A stretch of 40,954 nucleotides of DNA from Trichinella spiralis (taxonomy: Eukaryota). The position numbers and the translations under genes are program-made. Below the pieces are notes generated by a model. It had not been told where the DNA came from and searched no databases. It saw only the letters and a list, made by a program, of their open reading frames with translations. How positions within the stretch are numbered: the first letter of the stretch is position 1; each line of letters opens with the position of its first letter. The DNA lies in NCBI RefSeq assembly GCF_000181795.1, contig NW_003526941.1, positions 4,949,811 through 4,990,764 of the forward strand, written 5' to 3'. Of this stretch, positions 23,435 to 37,801 are shown one piece after another.

Positions 23435-26400
23435 CTATTTTATATGCGGGAAACGACAGCGATCGCCAAATCCACAACACCCGCGTTGAAAGAATACACA
23501 AGGAGGTCTTTGCATTCCAGTGACACCCGCTGCTCCAGGTCCGCCCCCGGCTCTGGGTGCCCGAAAGCCACCCGTAGGATTGGCAAACCGACCACCAGGT
23601 CCAGGGGGCATAAAACTTGCCCGACCACGACCATGTGAAAATGGCGGTTCAACAGGAGCATGACCAAGCAAACCTAAAGCACAAAAACAATCGAACGAAA
23701 TAAAATATTGAAAATCAAACCAAATCAACTATTTTAAATTTTACCAAGAGATGAGCAGTTCGGCTGAGGCGGTGCGTTCCAACTCATAGGAGGTGCCGGC
23801 TCCCCATTTGGACCGCCGAATCCTCGGCCAGCAGGCATTCCTTTCATGTCAACAGGTGGTCCAACTCGCATTGGACCATTGAACATCCCAGGTGGTCCAG
23901 CTCTGGGCATCATCATTTTTCTCGGAGCAGGAAAAGCTGACGTTCCCGCAATTGGGCCATAAGGCCGTGCATTTGGATTGAGGGGAAAATTCAGCGGTGG
24001 TGCACCAGCCTAACAGTTAAAAAACAAACATTCCGTTAACATCAATATCGACATTCGTAAGTCCGTTTCATTTATTGAATAGAAATATAGCATATTCACT
24101 GCAGTTACCATATTTGGCTGATGGCTATCAATCGGAGTAACCGAATTAGAATACTGATAGGCAGAGACAGTAACGGGAGGTTGACTGCTGAAATCGAATT
24201 CATTTTTGCGAAACCCAGGAACCACGTTCACAGCTGAATTCTGTTGACTACTACCAGTGGCAGTTACTTTCGGGTTTGCTGCAGATGCTCCTTCCTGAAA
24301 ACAAATATCAATGTCAACGTAAAAATCATCCTGCTGCGATTGTAATCTCAATTAATATCAGTAATACTTGATCATCGCATTACTGTAATTTATATTACAA
24401 CATCATCACAACACTTTTAAATACTTACAGCTATCAGTGGAATTGTCTTCGTTGTGCTGTGATTACCCGAACTTCGTTCCACCTCAGTCTCTTTGGGAGC
24501 ATCAACAATTCCCGTCTGCGTTGAGTAGAAGATACTTGGCAAAGGATTCAATTTGGTTTCATCCCAACGCATCTTCTCCTCACTGCATACGGCCACTTTT
24601 TTCGCCTCGCTGATACCACTGATAGGCACAAGTTTCCAGCTTGGTGAATTTGGAGAATTATCGGTGCTGACACCACTTATTTCCGGTAAATCCAAATCTT
24701 CACCATGCGATGCCCACCGTGTTCTCAGCAATTCCCTTTCTTGAAGCATTTCGACATGCTTCAAATCGTCACCGTGGCCTTGAAATTTGCTCACATTCAC
24801 TACAAAGAAAAATAAACAAAGATAATACTCTTATCACACATGTTTGCGTTTGGCATCATCATCTTGCTAAAAATGACGTAAAGGTTTTTATCTGCTTGCA
24901 CGTTGCCATTATTCATCAAGCACATTGTGACCTTATAATTTACCTCTTTCGTCTGGTTCCAGCTCAAAATAGTTGATGCTGACGAGCTCATCATCAGGAG
25001 CCCATGTTACCCTGTACGGCTTGGATTTTTTCTTCCCTGATAAAGCCGACTTGCGCCCTGTTAATGAATCGGCATGCCAAGCCGCTGACGAAGACGTCAC
25101 CTCACACGAGGATCGTTCCAGTTGAAGAAGATCCGGCTTTTCCAATTCTGGCTCAGATGAGTTCGTCGGCGACTTCGATATGGCAACTTTTGGTGTGGTT
25201 TTCTTACGTTTCGTGACCATCACCTTCGGCGCTGAAACCACACCCAGAGCAGCTTCAAAGCCGCCACTGTCCAAAAGTAAACTTCCTTGAATTAAATTGA
25301 AATTAAACATGATACAGCAACATTTTGAAAATAAAATTTAAACTACCTTTTGTTTTCGTTTTAACCTGACCTATGCCGGCTGTGCTAGCCGCATCCGTTG
25401 GTTTGTTCTCGTTTACTGCAGAGGCACCATCGACATTCGGTTCTAGATCAGTAGAATCGTTTTTCTCCAATCGAGTTCGTTTCATTTTCGGCATCGGGAC
25501 CTCTTCTTCAAGGCCTGTACATAAGAAAATCAAATAAAAAACGATCTCTATTACGGAACGTTAGTGTTCAGTTAAAAATTATAAATCACCTCCCAATTGG
25601 TTGAAACTTATTACAATTTACAGCGGCATTTAAAAAATCTATATATTAACAATTGGTGCATATTTAAGAAAATAAGCTTTGGATCTACCCAAATTACAGT
25701 AATTAGAGTTGTACAGTACGAAAAAACCGTGGGAACGCGATAAAAACAACATCCAACGATACAGCTCAATTATAATGCAACAAAAATTACAAAATCATAC
25801 AATTTAAATGAATGGGCTTATTAGCGTTCCCTTTTCAAAAGTGTTCATGAATAACTATTGTTATTTCCAAAAACAAAAATGACAAATGGGTACAGATCAA
25901 CAAATTAATTAATTTTTTAAAAACTGACGTCAAAATCATTTACAAATAGAAGCATCCAAATTTATGACCATTTTCCATAAGTGATTAAAAATGTTAAGTG
26001 CTTTCTTTCATTATTTATTAGGTTGATAATTCAAGAATGAAAATTTTTCATTGCGAACATTTTAAAAGCACGCTTTCAGTATGCTTCTTACGATAACGTT
26101 TTCAACATTTTCAATCTTTTCATGGTTAATTTTACATTTTAAAAATTCAATTGTTTCGCTGACATTTTTTTAACATATTCTTTTTTTTCAATTAAAGCTC
26201 GTCAATTGTTTTTATATTGGGGAAGATTTAAATTTGTAATATAGCGGTTATTTTAAAAATCTCACGTTAATAAAAAAAAATTTTAAGAAATTGTGCTTTT
26301 GTGCGCAAAGCAGACTCGCCTTCGTTTGAACAACTCACTCACCTGTAGATCGCAATTTAATAGGATAAGTTTTTGCTGTTTTTTTCCTCGTTTCAATCGG

Positions 26401-28451
26401 TTTTACCGCTTCCGGCTTAACCGGCAACAACTCATCCTTCACCTCAACTGATTGCTCTGCATCAGCTAGATCAATCTTATTCAACTTTACCAAATCGTCT
26501 TTCTTTTGATCAGAAAAAATAGGTTTTACAGGCTTTCCACGTCCCCTGGGTGCAACAACAATACACGGAATGCCAGCTGTTGCTGAAGATTTGGCACTAC
26601 ACGAAAGATTCGGAGGAGTTCGAATTGCAGGTTCCACGGATAATAAATTCGCTGTACTGGAACTTTCTAAACTAGGAAACACTAATCCGGACGTTGATGG
26701 CACAGATACAGCTGCAGTCGGCGATCCCAATTCCAACGTAGGGCAAACGTTTCGTTTACACACTTCCGCTCCCTTTACGTTGATCTCATCCATAATAATA
26801 TCCTTCCAAATCATCACAATGTCGACGGACAAGTTCCTCACCTCTGAAATTGCAACGCCCGTCAGTAGTTATCGGGCACACACACACACACACACAAGTC
26901 ATGCAAGTGCAAAGTCTAATAAACTTAAACAAAACAAAACAAATCTCTGACCTGTACTAATATTCGTTCTTTTGGAGAGACGTTTTATCAACTTCGGTGT
27001 ACTGTTGCTTTTCAACAAATCGACATAAACGGGCAAGTCGATAAACAACTGTAGTAGCTTCGACAAAAATTCCCAATTTTCGCTCTTTTCACCTTCGATC
27101 AACCAAGTAAGCAACAAATCCCAAGCGCCAGCTTCCAAAATTCTAAATGTTTTACTATGAATACATTTCAAAAAAAACGAAATCAATTAATAATAAAAAA
27201 TCAATTAAACAATCAGATAACAAATAAAACACTTTAACAAGAACATTTCTGAAAACTTGTCCACTACAACAAGGATACTAAAAGATTACCATAAATAAGC
27301 AAAAATCACACTGCTAAAAAAGTGCTTTTATTAACTGATTACAGTAAAATAAATGCCTATTCACTGAAACAGTACGAAATAAAGGAAATCAAGAACATTT
27401 TTCGGTGCCAAGAAAAAAAGTACAGAAATAAACATGAAATATGCCATAGTGAATACAGCAAACAATTTTTGAAATTGCACGTTTCAGTTCGCAGATCAAA
27501 GCAAACGAACATTCCCAACTCAAAAACAACGTCGAATTTATCAAATCTATTTCCTTCCTATGAAGCTGAGAAATTGCATTCAATAAATAATAGCACATTA
27601 TGCCGATTAGTGAAAAAAATTTATATTACAACATCAACACAACATACTTAGATTTAATTTTATTTTAAAATGTGCTGAATTCCCATCATTCACTTACCGT
27701 TAAAACATCAGAAAAAAACCAAAAACGCTGACACGATAAAACACACTAATGAAAAACTCAAATTGTTTACAGCACTAAAACTGATAGCAGTATGCCTACA
27801 TCACCAAACTGTTAAACATAAATACATACTGTACTGCTATTGTAATATTCAGGAAGAACATTCTGTTCACGTAGCATGCATGAAAAAAGTACATTTAAAT
27901 ACACTGACAAATATATAAATATGTAGGTATTTATGTATGCATGTAAATTTAAAAATTATATCATTCAAGTAAAAGATTGCAATAATGCAAAACACAAACT
28001 GATGTCATACTGTAAAGTTGAAAATATGTTTACATCAACAATTTATTAAAATTAATAACAATTCGCTATGATTAATAATAAATAATTAATTAAATCGTTC
28101 AAATTAAAAAATAAATACTAGTAATTAGAATACTACATAAATTGTACTTACTTTTTCCTATCTTCTTCGGCAGTATCTTTAATGCTGCTTAAAAAAATCA
28201 TACGCACTGCCCATGTTGAAGCATTTCGCATACATCTGCAAACGTACACTAAGAATTCGGCTATTTTCTAGAAGACACTTACTGAACGAAATCTGTTGCA
28301 CTACCACTCGCTGCAATGCCACGAGCGTCGTTCACCAGTGCAATGCCAGGAGTGCATATCATGTCCAACGTACTTTGTAACTAAATTATACAACATGTAA
28401 AAACGGATGATATAAATTCAATGCTTTTACCTTCTTTGCTTTTGGAGGCAT
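23435..28451 (-). CDS. PPP1R10: PP1 nuclear targeting subunit PNUTS, ~821 aa, 11 exons: 28431-28451, 28283-28380, 28152-28235, 26952-27142, 26343-26843, 25347-25514, 24944-25285, 24429-24799, 24109-24294, 23745-24009, 23435-23673
   Basis: TFIIS-N-like domain (GAWDLLLTWL...LPVYVDLLKSNSTPKLIKRLSK) and RSTGLEEE. The PP1-docking motif RVTW is followed by YFELEPDERVNV. A Gly/Pro/Met-rich region leads to a C-terminal CCCH finger (CVFFQRGCCGFGDRCRFPH). Phases sum to 822 codons. Confidence 0.92.
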
Positions 28452-30127
28452 TTAGACCAAATAAACTATAAAATAACATTATCAATCGTTTTGATCAGAA
28501 AAGCATTTTCAATAACATAACCTATTTAAGAAACAGCTAACGTAATACAAAAATATGCCATTGTAATACGCTTATATTTTTCAAAACATCATACTGTAGA
28601 ATTATTCTTACCGCAGAAAAAATTTTCAACTCATCGAATAAAGCAGACAGCCAATATTAACAAAAACTAATAAAAACAAAAATCTCAAACCAGCACGCTT
28701 CTGCAGCTTTGAAATGTAAATTTTTTCAAATGCAGAAAATTATTTTGAAAACAAGTACGTCAACATACAAGTATAAAAATGAATCAATATAATGAAATCT
28801 AAAAGTATTTTAATTTAAATGAAATATTTAGCATTTTATATTCAATTCAGCAAAATTAGCCAATAATAAACAATGTCTGAAAAGAATCATATAGGAAAAA
28901 AGGCTATTTTAGAAAGAAACTGCTGATAAGTCAAATGCGCATATTCCATAATTTAAAAAAGTTGGTATTACTGCAAAGCATGCTGAAAAACGTTTCAAAC
29001 ATTTGTTGTTTAGCTTTGGAATTTTAATAATAAAGTTCAAATCATTTCAATTATATTATGAAAAACAGCATGCAACAAGAAAACATGGAACAAAAGCAAA
29101 ATGCTTCTACTAATAAAATTCAAACAAAACTAGTGCAAAGCATTGAACACCAAGCACTTAAAAACAACAAAAATTATAAAAAAGTATAACATACAAGTAT
29201 CTTAGCAAAATCTGCTATGAAACATGAATAAGGGAATTCATTTCGCAGAGCATTCACAAAGCATACACAACATTGATTACTATACCAAATTGTAACAAAT
29301 AAACTTACAGTATTTCAATTAACACGTTGTTTGACAATCAAGTTTCACAAAATACAGTTCATAATAATGTTTATGTTCATATTAAATTATGCCATTTTGA
29401 CAAAAATAAAATACAAATTTTTACATTTTAATATTTAAAAATTACTGAAAGTATTCAATTTCAATCAATATTTCAATTAAGTATTCAATTAAAATTGTCC
29501 ATATTTAGTTGTATAGATATATGCAGTTGTGGTGTATAACAGGGATATAATTTTGCATAAAAAAGAGGATAGAGCAACATTTCAATGAATTAAACAATAT
29601 TTTAAAAAATATTTCATAACAATAAAACAATTAATAAACTGCACCTGCATTAATAAACAAACGTTTAAGCTGTCTGGATAAAATTGTTAAAATTTAGCTA
29701 GAAAGTTATTAATTCAAAAAAATTTTAGTTTTAAATAAAAGCTTAATCATTCGCGTTTAAAATGCATTATTTTTTTTAAATACTACTTTTTGCTAAATTT
29801 TTGCAAAAACTAGTAATCAAGTATTAAAATTGATTAAACAGCTGATTTTCCAAGAGAACAACAGAACAAATGGAACAAAAAAACGGCAATTATCCTGTTA
29901 ATTGCCAATACAAATCAAATATAATATAGGTTCGTGAAATAACACTTTATACACACATACATATGTGCACTGTATTTTGTTCACTTTTGCTTTATTTTTT
30001 CTGGCGAAAATTTTCAATTAACCAATAAAAAACCCATTCAATTTTAAATAAAAATACAGTCAGTCATGCGCACTGAAAAAGAAAAAGAAAGGAAAAAAAG
30101 AATAAGATGCAATTGGAAAGAAACGAT

Positions 30128-33100
30128 TCAACGCTTCTTGCGTACAGAGTGAAGATTTGGTGCCGACACTTTGACTTTTCCAGGAAAATCACGTGCTACA
30201 TCTTGCTCTTGAATTACTTTAATAAATTCTCGCAACCCTGGCCATGCCGTTCTATCTTGCATGAATAAATCAATTGCCGTTTTAATCGCTTTACCCTTTT
30301 TAGTAGTACCTGGTGTCAATTTGACCTTGAATTTGTAATTAGTCAATGCTGCATAGGGGGCACAAACAGGCAACGCAAATAATATGTTGTCATCTTCAGT
30401 GGGATTACCAGTTAAACATTGCACCGCATCCAACGTTTCGTTCTGAACAACATTTATATCATATCCCTCATCTTCTTCTTCATCATCATCATCTTCTTCT
30501 TCTTCTTCTACTGCCGCTGCTGTTGCTTTTCCGAATTCTTTTTCTTCCTCTTCTTCATACTGCGTATCTTTTTCTGATTCCAGCTTCAAACCATCCAACG
30601 GTATTTCAACATCCGGATATGAAAATTCTTCACTGTTCACTGAGTTGAATGACTGCTCACTTAGTTCACTTCTGACCAGCTTCTTTTGTTTCTTCTGTTC
30701 ATCCTGCAAATTATCACAATTCGCTTCTTCGCCGTCAAGTTCATCTTCAGCCTGACACCGTTTTTCCAAATGACGAGCTGCTGATTCAGAATCCAATCTA
30801 AACAACAGTCCAAAGCCCATTACCAGCTGAGACGCAGTCAAATAGTTCTTCTTGCCTCGAATCATGAATCCGCCTGTTTTCAAATATTCACCAGAAGGTG
30901 CCGACTTGGATACTTGATCATGCTTCACCCACCAAGCGCTGGTGACCACTTTCGACTCCCACGCAGCGGACAAGCATACAGCCAACGCGGCCGCTTCGTT
31001 GAGCGTTTTTGGAGGTATTGGCCCTTTGTCTTCGGATTGCTTGATCACTACACTGGCAGCGCCTCGCAGATCTGCGTGAACATACAAGTCGCCAGGTTTC
31101 AAGTAACGCTTGACCAAAATCTCATTTTGCTTCGCATCTCGACCAGCGATCACCAGCAGGCGATCGGATGAAAAAAACCAGTGAAATTTTTCAAACCAAA
31201 ACATTTTCCGCACTTTTCCAATGTTCGTCTTTTGTCTGGTGGATTTCAACTGCTCTTTGGTGCGTAATTCAGCTGATTTCAACGCTTTTCCACCAGCTGC
31301 AATCGTCTTCTTCTGCTTCAACGCCGACTCTTTCATCTGCGAAAACCATCGTCGTGAATTTTGGTGTGAACTCAACGCCAAATCAATTTCCACATCGACA
31401 GTCTCTGCATCCCCCAACTCTTGATCATTATCGAATACATCAACAGGCAAACGCATCACAAACGCATTCCGTTCCAAACACAGGCCGACAATTTTCCCAG
31501 CCACTGGATCGCCCAAATCACGCGCATCCTGAATCATTTCATTGATCTGAAACCATTCAAGCTTCATAGCTATGGCGCTGCGCAGCACTGCCAACGCCTG
31601 TTCGACCGTCTCGCTGTTCAGTTCCACTGCAACCGCCATACGCTCTTTCAACATCTGATCCGCCTGCAAGTTCGCCAACCGCTGCTCGTGATCCTGACGC
31701 ACATTTTCCAATCGCTTCAATGCAGCTCGTTCTTGTTGCAACTGCTTCTGCTGACACTTCTGACTGTCCAATTTGGAAAAATATTCATCAACCGCTCCAT
31801 TGAAAGTGTCAAATTGTTTGCATTCACTGTTCGCAAATTGGGAAAAAAAATACGGATGAAATTCGTGAAATATTTCAATTCGTTCACCAGCTGCGTTTTC
31901 TTCGACAGTCATTTTCAAATAACCACAGCTCGGTTCCTTACGAATCATTTCAAACAGTTCGAATGCCAAACTCAAGCTCAACGCTAGCGCTGAAACAAGA
32001 CTTTGATCCCCAATCACAGCTTGCACTTTCATTCTCAACGATAATTTGTTTTCCAATAAGCAGTGTTCAAGCAACAGTGGTCCATAAGGAAAATGAGGTA
32101 CCAAACACTTGTGCAAAGTATCACCAGGTTGGCAAGCATGGAGCAAACGATTGGCCATTTCCTCATCAGCAGTGCGGCGGTATTCTTCAAATTCACGAAC
32201 TTCAACAAGGTATGTTTCACGAACTGCGTATCGTACATTGTCAGTTTCAATTGTTCTTGCTCGAAGAATGTTCAAAATCACGTATTCTGAATCTGTAAGA
32301 ACAACGTTCCCACGGTCGTATAATTCTATTATTAAATGGCAGGCTGTCGGACCATTCCCGAAACGCATATCAACAATGCGATCCAAACCAACAACGCTGA
32401 TATCTTCTAAACGCTTGTCACGCAAATGCTTACGTAGCTTCATCGTAAAACCAGACGGCATAATATTTTTCGACCACCCGTACTCAGTGCTGTGCAATCG
32501 GATGCCAGATTCAAAAATAATCATCACCTTCTTATCAGGCCTGACAATAAAATATAATCATTATTTTCACAAATTGAAAAATTTCATTACTAATCAGTAA
32601 AGAAATCAATAAATAAAAGAAACATCACGAGAGAATTATTTTGATAAACAGTAATATCTACTTGATTATCATATACTGTAAAAACATTCTAAACAAATGA
32701 TAATTTTTCTCTCATATGCTGCTGCCAACAGGCATTCTGACGAGTTAGCAAAATTAAAACAAACAATAATGCTTTTTACAGCATAACTGTATGATGGGTT
32801 ATGACATAAGTTTAATCATTAACTTTCAGACAAAATAAAGAGATGAGCACATTCGTTAAAATGCACAAAATAATTTTGGGGATAAAATCAAATACTCTTT
32901 TACTTGAAAAGCATTGTCCAGTTATATAAAGCTGAAAAATGCACAAATTAAGACTAAAAACATCAAAATCGACATTAAAAAAACTTCAAAAAGAAAATTA
33001 CTTCATTTGTTGCAAAACAATTCATAAAAGTTGTTAATTTCTAATTAGATGAAAAGTTTAAAAAATGCAACAAATCACAATAACAACGGATAAAAACGGT

Positions 33101-33419
33101 ACTCTAATTATCGTCACAGAGAAAACTATGGATATGAATAAATAAATTACAACATATTTCACTGCTGAATTAAAATAAAGAAAATTTCGATTTAATCTAA
33201 ATAATTGCAAAAGTAAAATAAGCTGTTCTACTCGAAGCATTTATATTTCAGTTCATATGAAAGTTTTAAGAAATCGGCAATGCATTCAACTTACTTTGAT
33301 AATTTCAACAAATATGTTTTAGGATTGATGTCATAAACAAGGTTGAGACGCATACCAATATACTGCCTCAATTCTTGAACAACGGCTAACAAATCGATCA
33401 AACTAAATCTACCTTTCAT
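30128..33419 (-). CDS. NEMF: Ribosome quality control factor NEMF/Rqc2, 845 aa, 2 coding exons: 33295-33419 and 30128-32540
   Basis: N-terminus MKGRFSLIDL...VYDINPKTYLLKL, then ESGIRLH, PSGFTMKLRKHL, GLDRIV, IELYDRGNVVLTD, WFEKFHWFFSSD, AGRDAKQNE, GEYLKTGGFMIRGKKNYL and PVCAPY...YKFKVKLTPG. The phase-2 intron fits. Confidence 0.97.
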
Positions 33420-35301
33420 TTTTTCTGCTTCTAATAGAGTTCAAATTTCTGAAAGTTAAACAAAAGACAAGTATAATTCAAAATACAGCTTCGCAAGCTG
33501 CTCAGCAAATGAAATACATCGATCTGCACATTCGGAGTAGAAAATAAACTTCACAACAGTTAAGAAAATACAAATATTTACAAACTGCAGTGAAGACTAT
33601 ACGCCTTTAAAAAAGCCCAAACAGTGTGTGATACGTGCCAACTACATGGGGAGTACTGTAAATGAATATTTATTAGCGAAAGTTAATAAAGTACAACCAG
33701 TGCGTAAAACTGTCTCAGAAAATAATTCTGAAATTACTGAACTAAAATGTCCATGCGATAAACATAATTTCATCCACTATTTGCTTTTTTTAATTATATT
33801 AATAAAGAAGTAAATTGTGGTTAATTATTTTCAATCAATTATCCTCCTATCACCAAGTATTACTTTAAAGGCTCATCTAAAACAAATTTATGCTACTTAT
33901 AAGACATGATACGACTGGCTTAAAACTTTTGTACATGAAAGTCAAATATTTTTTCTGATTTTACTTACCTTTTGTTATTTTTCATACTGTAACTCCCATT
34001 TTTTCAGCATTTTAGTTTATTTGCTATAATTCTGACGGATATTGCTACGCATTAAGAAATGCCTTTCTATAGCATCAAGGCTAGTCAATCAAATTGGTCA
34101 GCAGTTGGAGATGATTTGGTTACGTTGCTGTTGCTCGAATAATGGCGTTTTTAATTGACAAGACGGTTTTTGTTAATAAATTAAGACCGATCTGCTTTTA
34201 GATTCTTGCTAAATACATTTAAATGAATAGCCTAAATGAAATGAACAAAAAAACGTTTTGCAAACAAAATTAAGTAACTCAATTATTAAGTATAGTTTAC
34301 AATTCGTATAAATCACCATAAAATACAATTTAAATATAACAACAATTTTACTACACTCAAAGAAATTACCTTATTAATTCAAACATGTCAGCAATGCTTA
34401 ACATTACCTATGATTTTAATTTTCAGTTTCACGCAGAATAACCTTTCATTTGAATTGATAAACAGACAGACGGAAATTGCAGAGAAGGCGTTAAAAAATT
34501 ATTCACTGAATTCGCCAAAAAAATAAAATTAACAAACATCAAATTTCCCACATCATTATACCTATCTATAACATTCAAAAAATTTCCATTAAATTATACT
34601 ACAGATTATACTTTCTCTTTCAAATAAAATATATCAATACAATATAAGATTTCAAATAAAATACCTTCAAATTCAAATATATCGATGTTACCTAATTATT
34701 TTTTACTTTTTTATTGTCATATTCACGATTCACATATAACAGCCGAAAACCGTGCATGTGACCTCACATCACTGGAATAGTGTATTCCACTTATCAGCAA
34801 CAGCTAACTATTCATCTATAATAATAATAATGAAACGATGTAAAAACAGCACAATCCAATGACAGAAATAATAAAATAAAAGACATCAATCGTGTTGTGT
34901 ATAGTAGACAATTTTTACAATTGCTCAGCTGATGAATAAATGAATAAACAAAATCCAATAACTGATTCAAACAATCTACCACTGTTGGATAATATAACTT
35001 TTCGAGTTTAAATGGATAAACTGTGTCAGAACGTCGCATTCATAAGTTCAGATTAGAAGGCGAACGTTGTCACGCGACTCAGCAAATAGCAAAGCATAGA
35101 TAGAATAAAATGCAGCTCATTGTTGCTTGAGTGAAACATCGATGATCGGTTTGATCGCCTGATTCACAGAGCAAAGTTGGAAAAAAACCTTCCAACCGTT
35201 AGAACAAGCGGATCAGGCTTCATAGGTCATAAGTTTTGAAGACTATCTGTTCACAATATTAGCTTATGATTATCATCCATCGCTTACAGAAGCACAGCAC
35301 G

Positions 35302-37801
35302 TCAGCGAAAACACAGACGACTGTAACTGTCGATGAGATTCGATGACTTTGTGAGTTCCCAAATGCGGCGCGCATATTGAAACCTTAAAAACGTCAGTAA
35401 ATCAACTGTCAAATAAACATTAATTATTCAATAATCTTACCAGCTCTTCTCGTCGACAAAAACATGAGTTGAAATTATTTTCTTTCGAAGATAATTAATT
35501 TGTTCAATTAAATCTTTCATCAAATCATCATATTCTGGACAACGATAATCTATTGGTGAAACTGAAGAAAAACAAAACACACATATGTACGACGTAGTAA
35601 GTAATGAATAATTACAGAACACAGCTCTGTTTTACTACCTTCAGGTTTATAACCCCGGGGTTTGATATTCGGCAATATATATAAGTTAATTTTCAGTTGT
35701 TGCTCACGATCAGCACGAAAAACATACTTCGGCATAGAGAAATCACCTAAAATATAAATATCGTTTTCTCATAATATTAATTTCAAAAAAAATATCGCAT
35801 TTATACAAGTGCAATTCAACGATGTGTTTTTCGTATACTCCTTTAATAATTCTGATTTCTTCAAATATGCATCTGGCTCAAAGTCTTCTCCACGAGCTTT
35901 ATTCTGAATGAACACTAAACAATTAAAAAGAAAATTCATTTATTATTAAAAAAAACCCAGTTCATCAATTATTGTTATATTTGAAAATATTTCTTAATGC
36001 CAAGTCAGAAAATAAAAATCAATACTTATATATCAAAAAAATAGCTCAAAAAAAACACGTTCATTTACATACCAATGTGAGGCATTCGATCCACTTTGCC
36101 GAACTGTTCAGTTAATTTATTTGTCGGTTTCATTTCCTCTGCAGAGAGCAAGAATTTCATCAAATCAGCATCGACAAAACTTTCAAACAGCACAATAACC
36201 AAATGACAGACTTGAAGAAGAAAAGCTGCCACAGACAAAGACTAAAAATAAACTGATGTATGTAAATGTATATGCGAAAAAAAAGTAGAACCTGGATAAT
36301 AAAAGTGCTGCTTAATAGTTTACCTGATTTGCAGAGCTTGTCAACATGTTCGACGCTTCACTTTTGTTTCGATATTTAGCACGCATCGAATTTCTCATGA
36401 CTGCAATACTCGGTATTGGCTGTACAATGGAAAAAATATGCAATTCGCATGACATAACAATATTAGAAAATATGCGAAACAAAAAGCCGAAACCTCAGAG
36501 TCCAAAAGTATAGTGCGATGTCGGTTGACATAAATCTGAACGCCAGCCGTCTGATACCACATCGATTCAGTCGTTTCTTTGCTAGTCGGTCGAAATTTAT
36601 AACGTCTTAAAAGAGTAGATAAAAATGCAAATTATGCAAATAAAGTGAAAAAGAAGAGAACTAAAATTAGTATAAAATAAATAAACAACACCTGTACATA
36701 TCTGAAGAGTAGTTGCCTCCAATCATACTCATAAGTGTAGATTTCCCAACACCACGAGGCCCGATCACACCAACGACAAAAAAATTTTTGCACTGATCGT
36801 CCAAATACTGAAACAACAAATAAAAAAAAATAACAAATTACCACACATTTGCAAACTCACATCTTCAAATTGTTCACACCACTGCATATTTTCGGTAATC
36901 AACGGTACAGCCGCTGCTGGAGCACGCAAAAAATGACGAATTCGTTCAGTAGAAGCTGAAAAAAAACAGAACATCAAAATTGATTTTATTATAATAATTT
37001 TATTTCGTACTTTTATTTTCAGATTTGTACAATGTCCACAACTGACTAGCCGGAACGTCGCTTTCCAACATGCCAACATTGGAACTGCCGTGAGTAGTTG
37101 GAAACTTCGGCGCCTCATAGGTCTGACGATCATACGCATGAACTACAATCTGATTTCCTGTCTGAACAATTGATGGCAAAATTGCTTCGACTGTATCATT
37201 ATCCTTGGAATCCAACTTCACAGGCAACAGTTTTTTCAAAATGGAAATCGATGGTGGATTGTGGCCAGCGCTGTCACATTTTACCTACAAATATCAATTT
37301 CTTTATATACATAAAAATTTTTTCTATAAAATATTCAAAAAGCTTTATAAATGATTGAAAAAAGCAATTTTATTTAAATTAATTAAAAATACCACTTCAA
37401 TTTTATAACAAAACAGTTTTTCAATTCATTGTTTAAACTGATTTATGTTTATAAAAATCACCATAATCTCTGCTAAACTTACTCGAAGCGCCGACTTTGT
37501 TAAAAGCACAAATGGCTTGTTTAATAAAGGATCTTCTTCTTCCTTGTTTGTTAATGGTTCGACCTAAACAATTCACAATCAAATTTATTACACTACTATA
37601 ATAATAATAATGATGATGATGAATTTTAATTCTGTCGTGTTTTCCGTTAATAATAACTATAATGTACACTTTGAAAACGCAATATCTTAACATCTTAACA
37701 TGTGAACTGAATTTTATTTCAACATTACGCACCGCAACAGCATTTGTAAAATTGCTCGAACGAAATTGCCTTCCATGTCGCCGACCACCTCTTCGATCCA
37801 T
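35302..37801 (-). CDS. SMG9: Nonsense-mediated decay factor SMG9, ~476 aa, 12 exons: 37733-37801, 37483-37563, 37011-37284, 36861-36955, 36692-36807, 36494-36605, 36324-36419, 36073-36241, 35807-35914, 35639-35746, 35441-35561, 35302-35383
   Basis: P-loop VVGVIGPRGVGKSTLMS, QTAGVQIY...ILLDSEPI, AAFLLQVCHLVIV, VFIQNKAR and C-terminal EKSWFQYARRIWE...YSRL. Phases sum to 477 codons. Confidence 0.93.

Noticed and set aside
30346..32600. Plus-strand ORFs overlapping NEMF (likewise those over OATP and PNUTS)
   Set aside because: Antisense or alternative-frame shadows of real coding exons.
34773..34789. Small hairpin TGGAATA-GTG-TATTCCA as an iron-responsive element
   Set aside because: It lacks the CAGUGN loop and bulged C on the transcribed strand; stems of this size are expected by chance.
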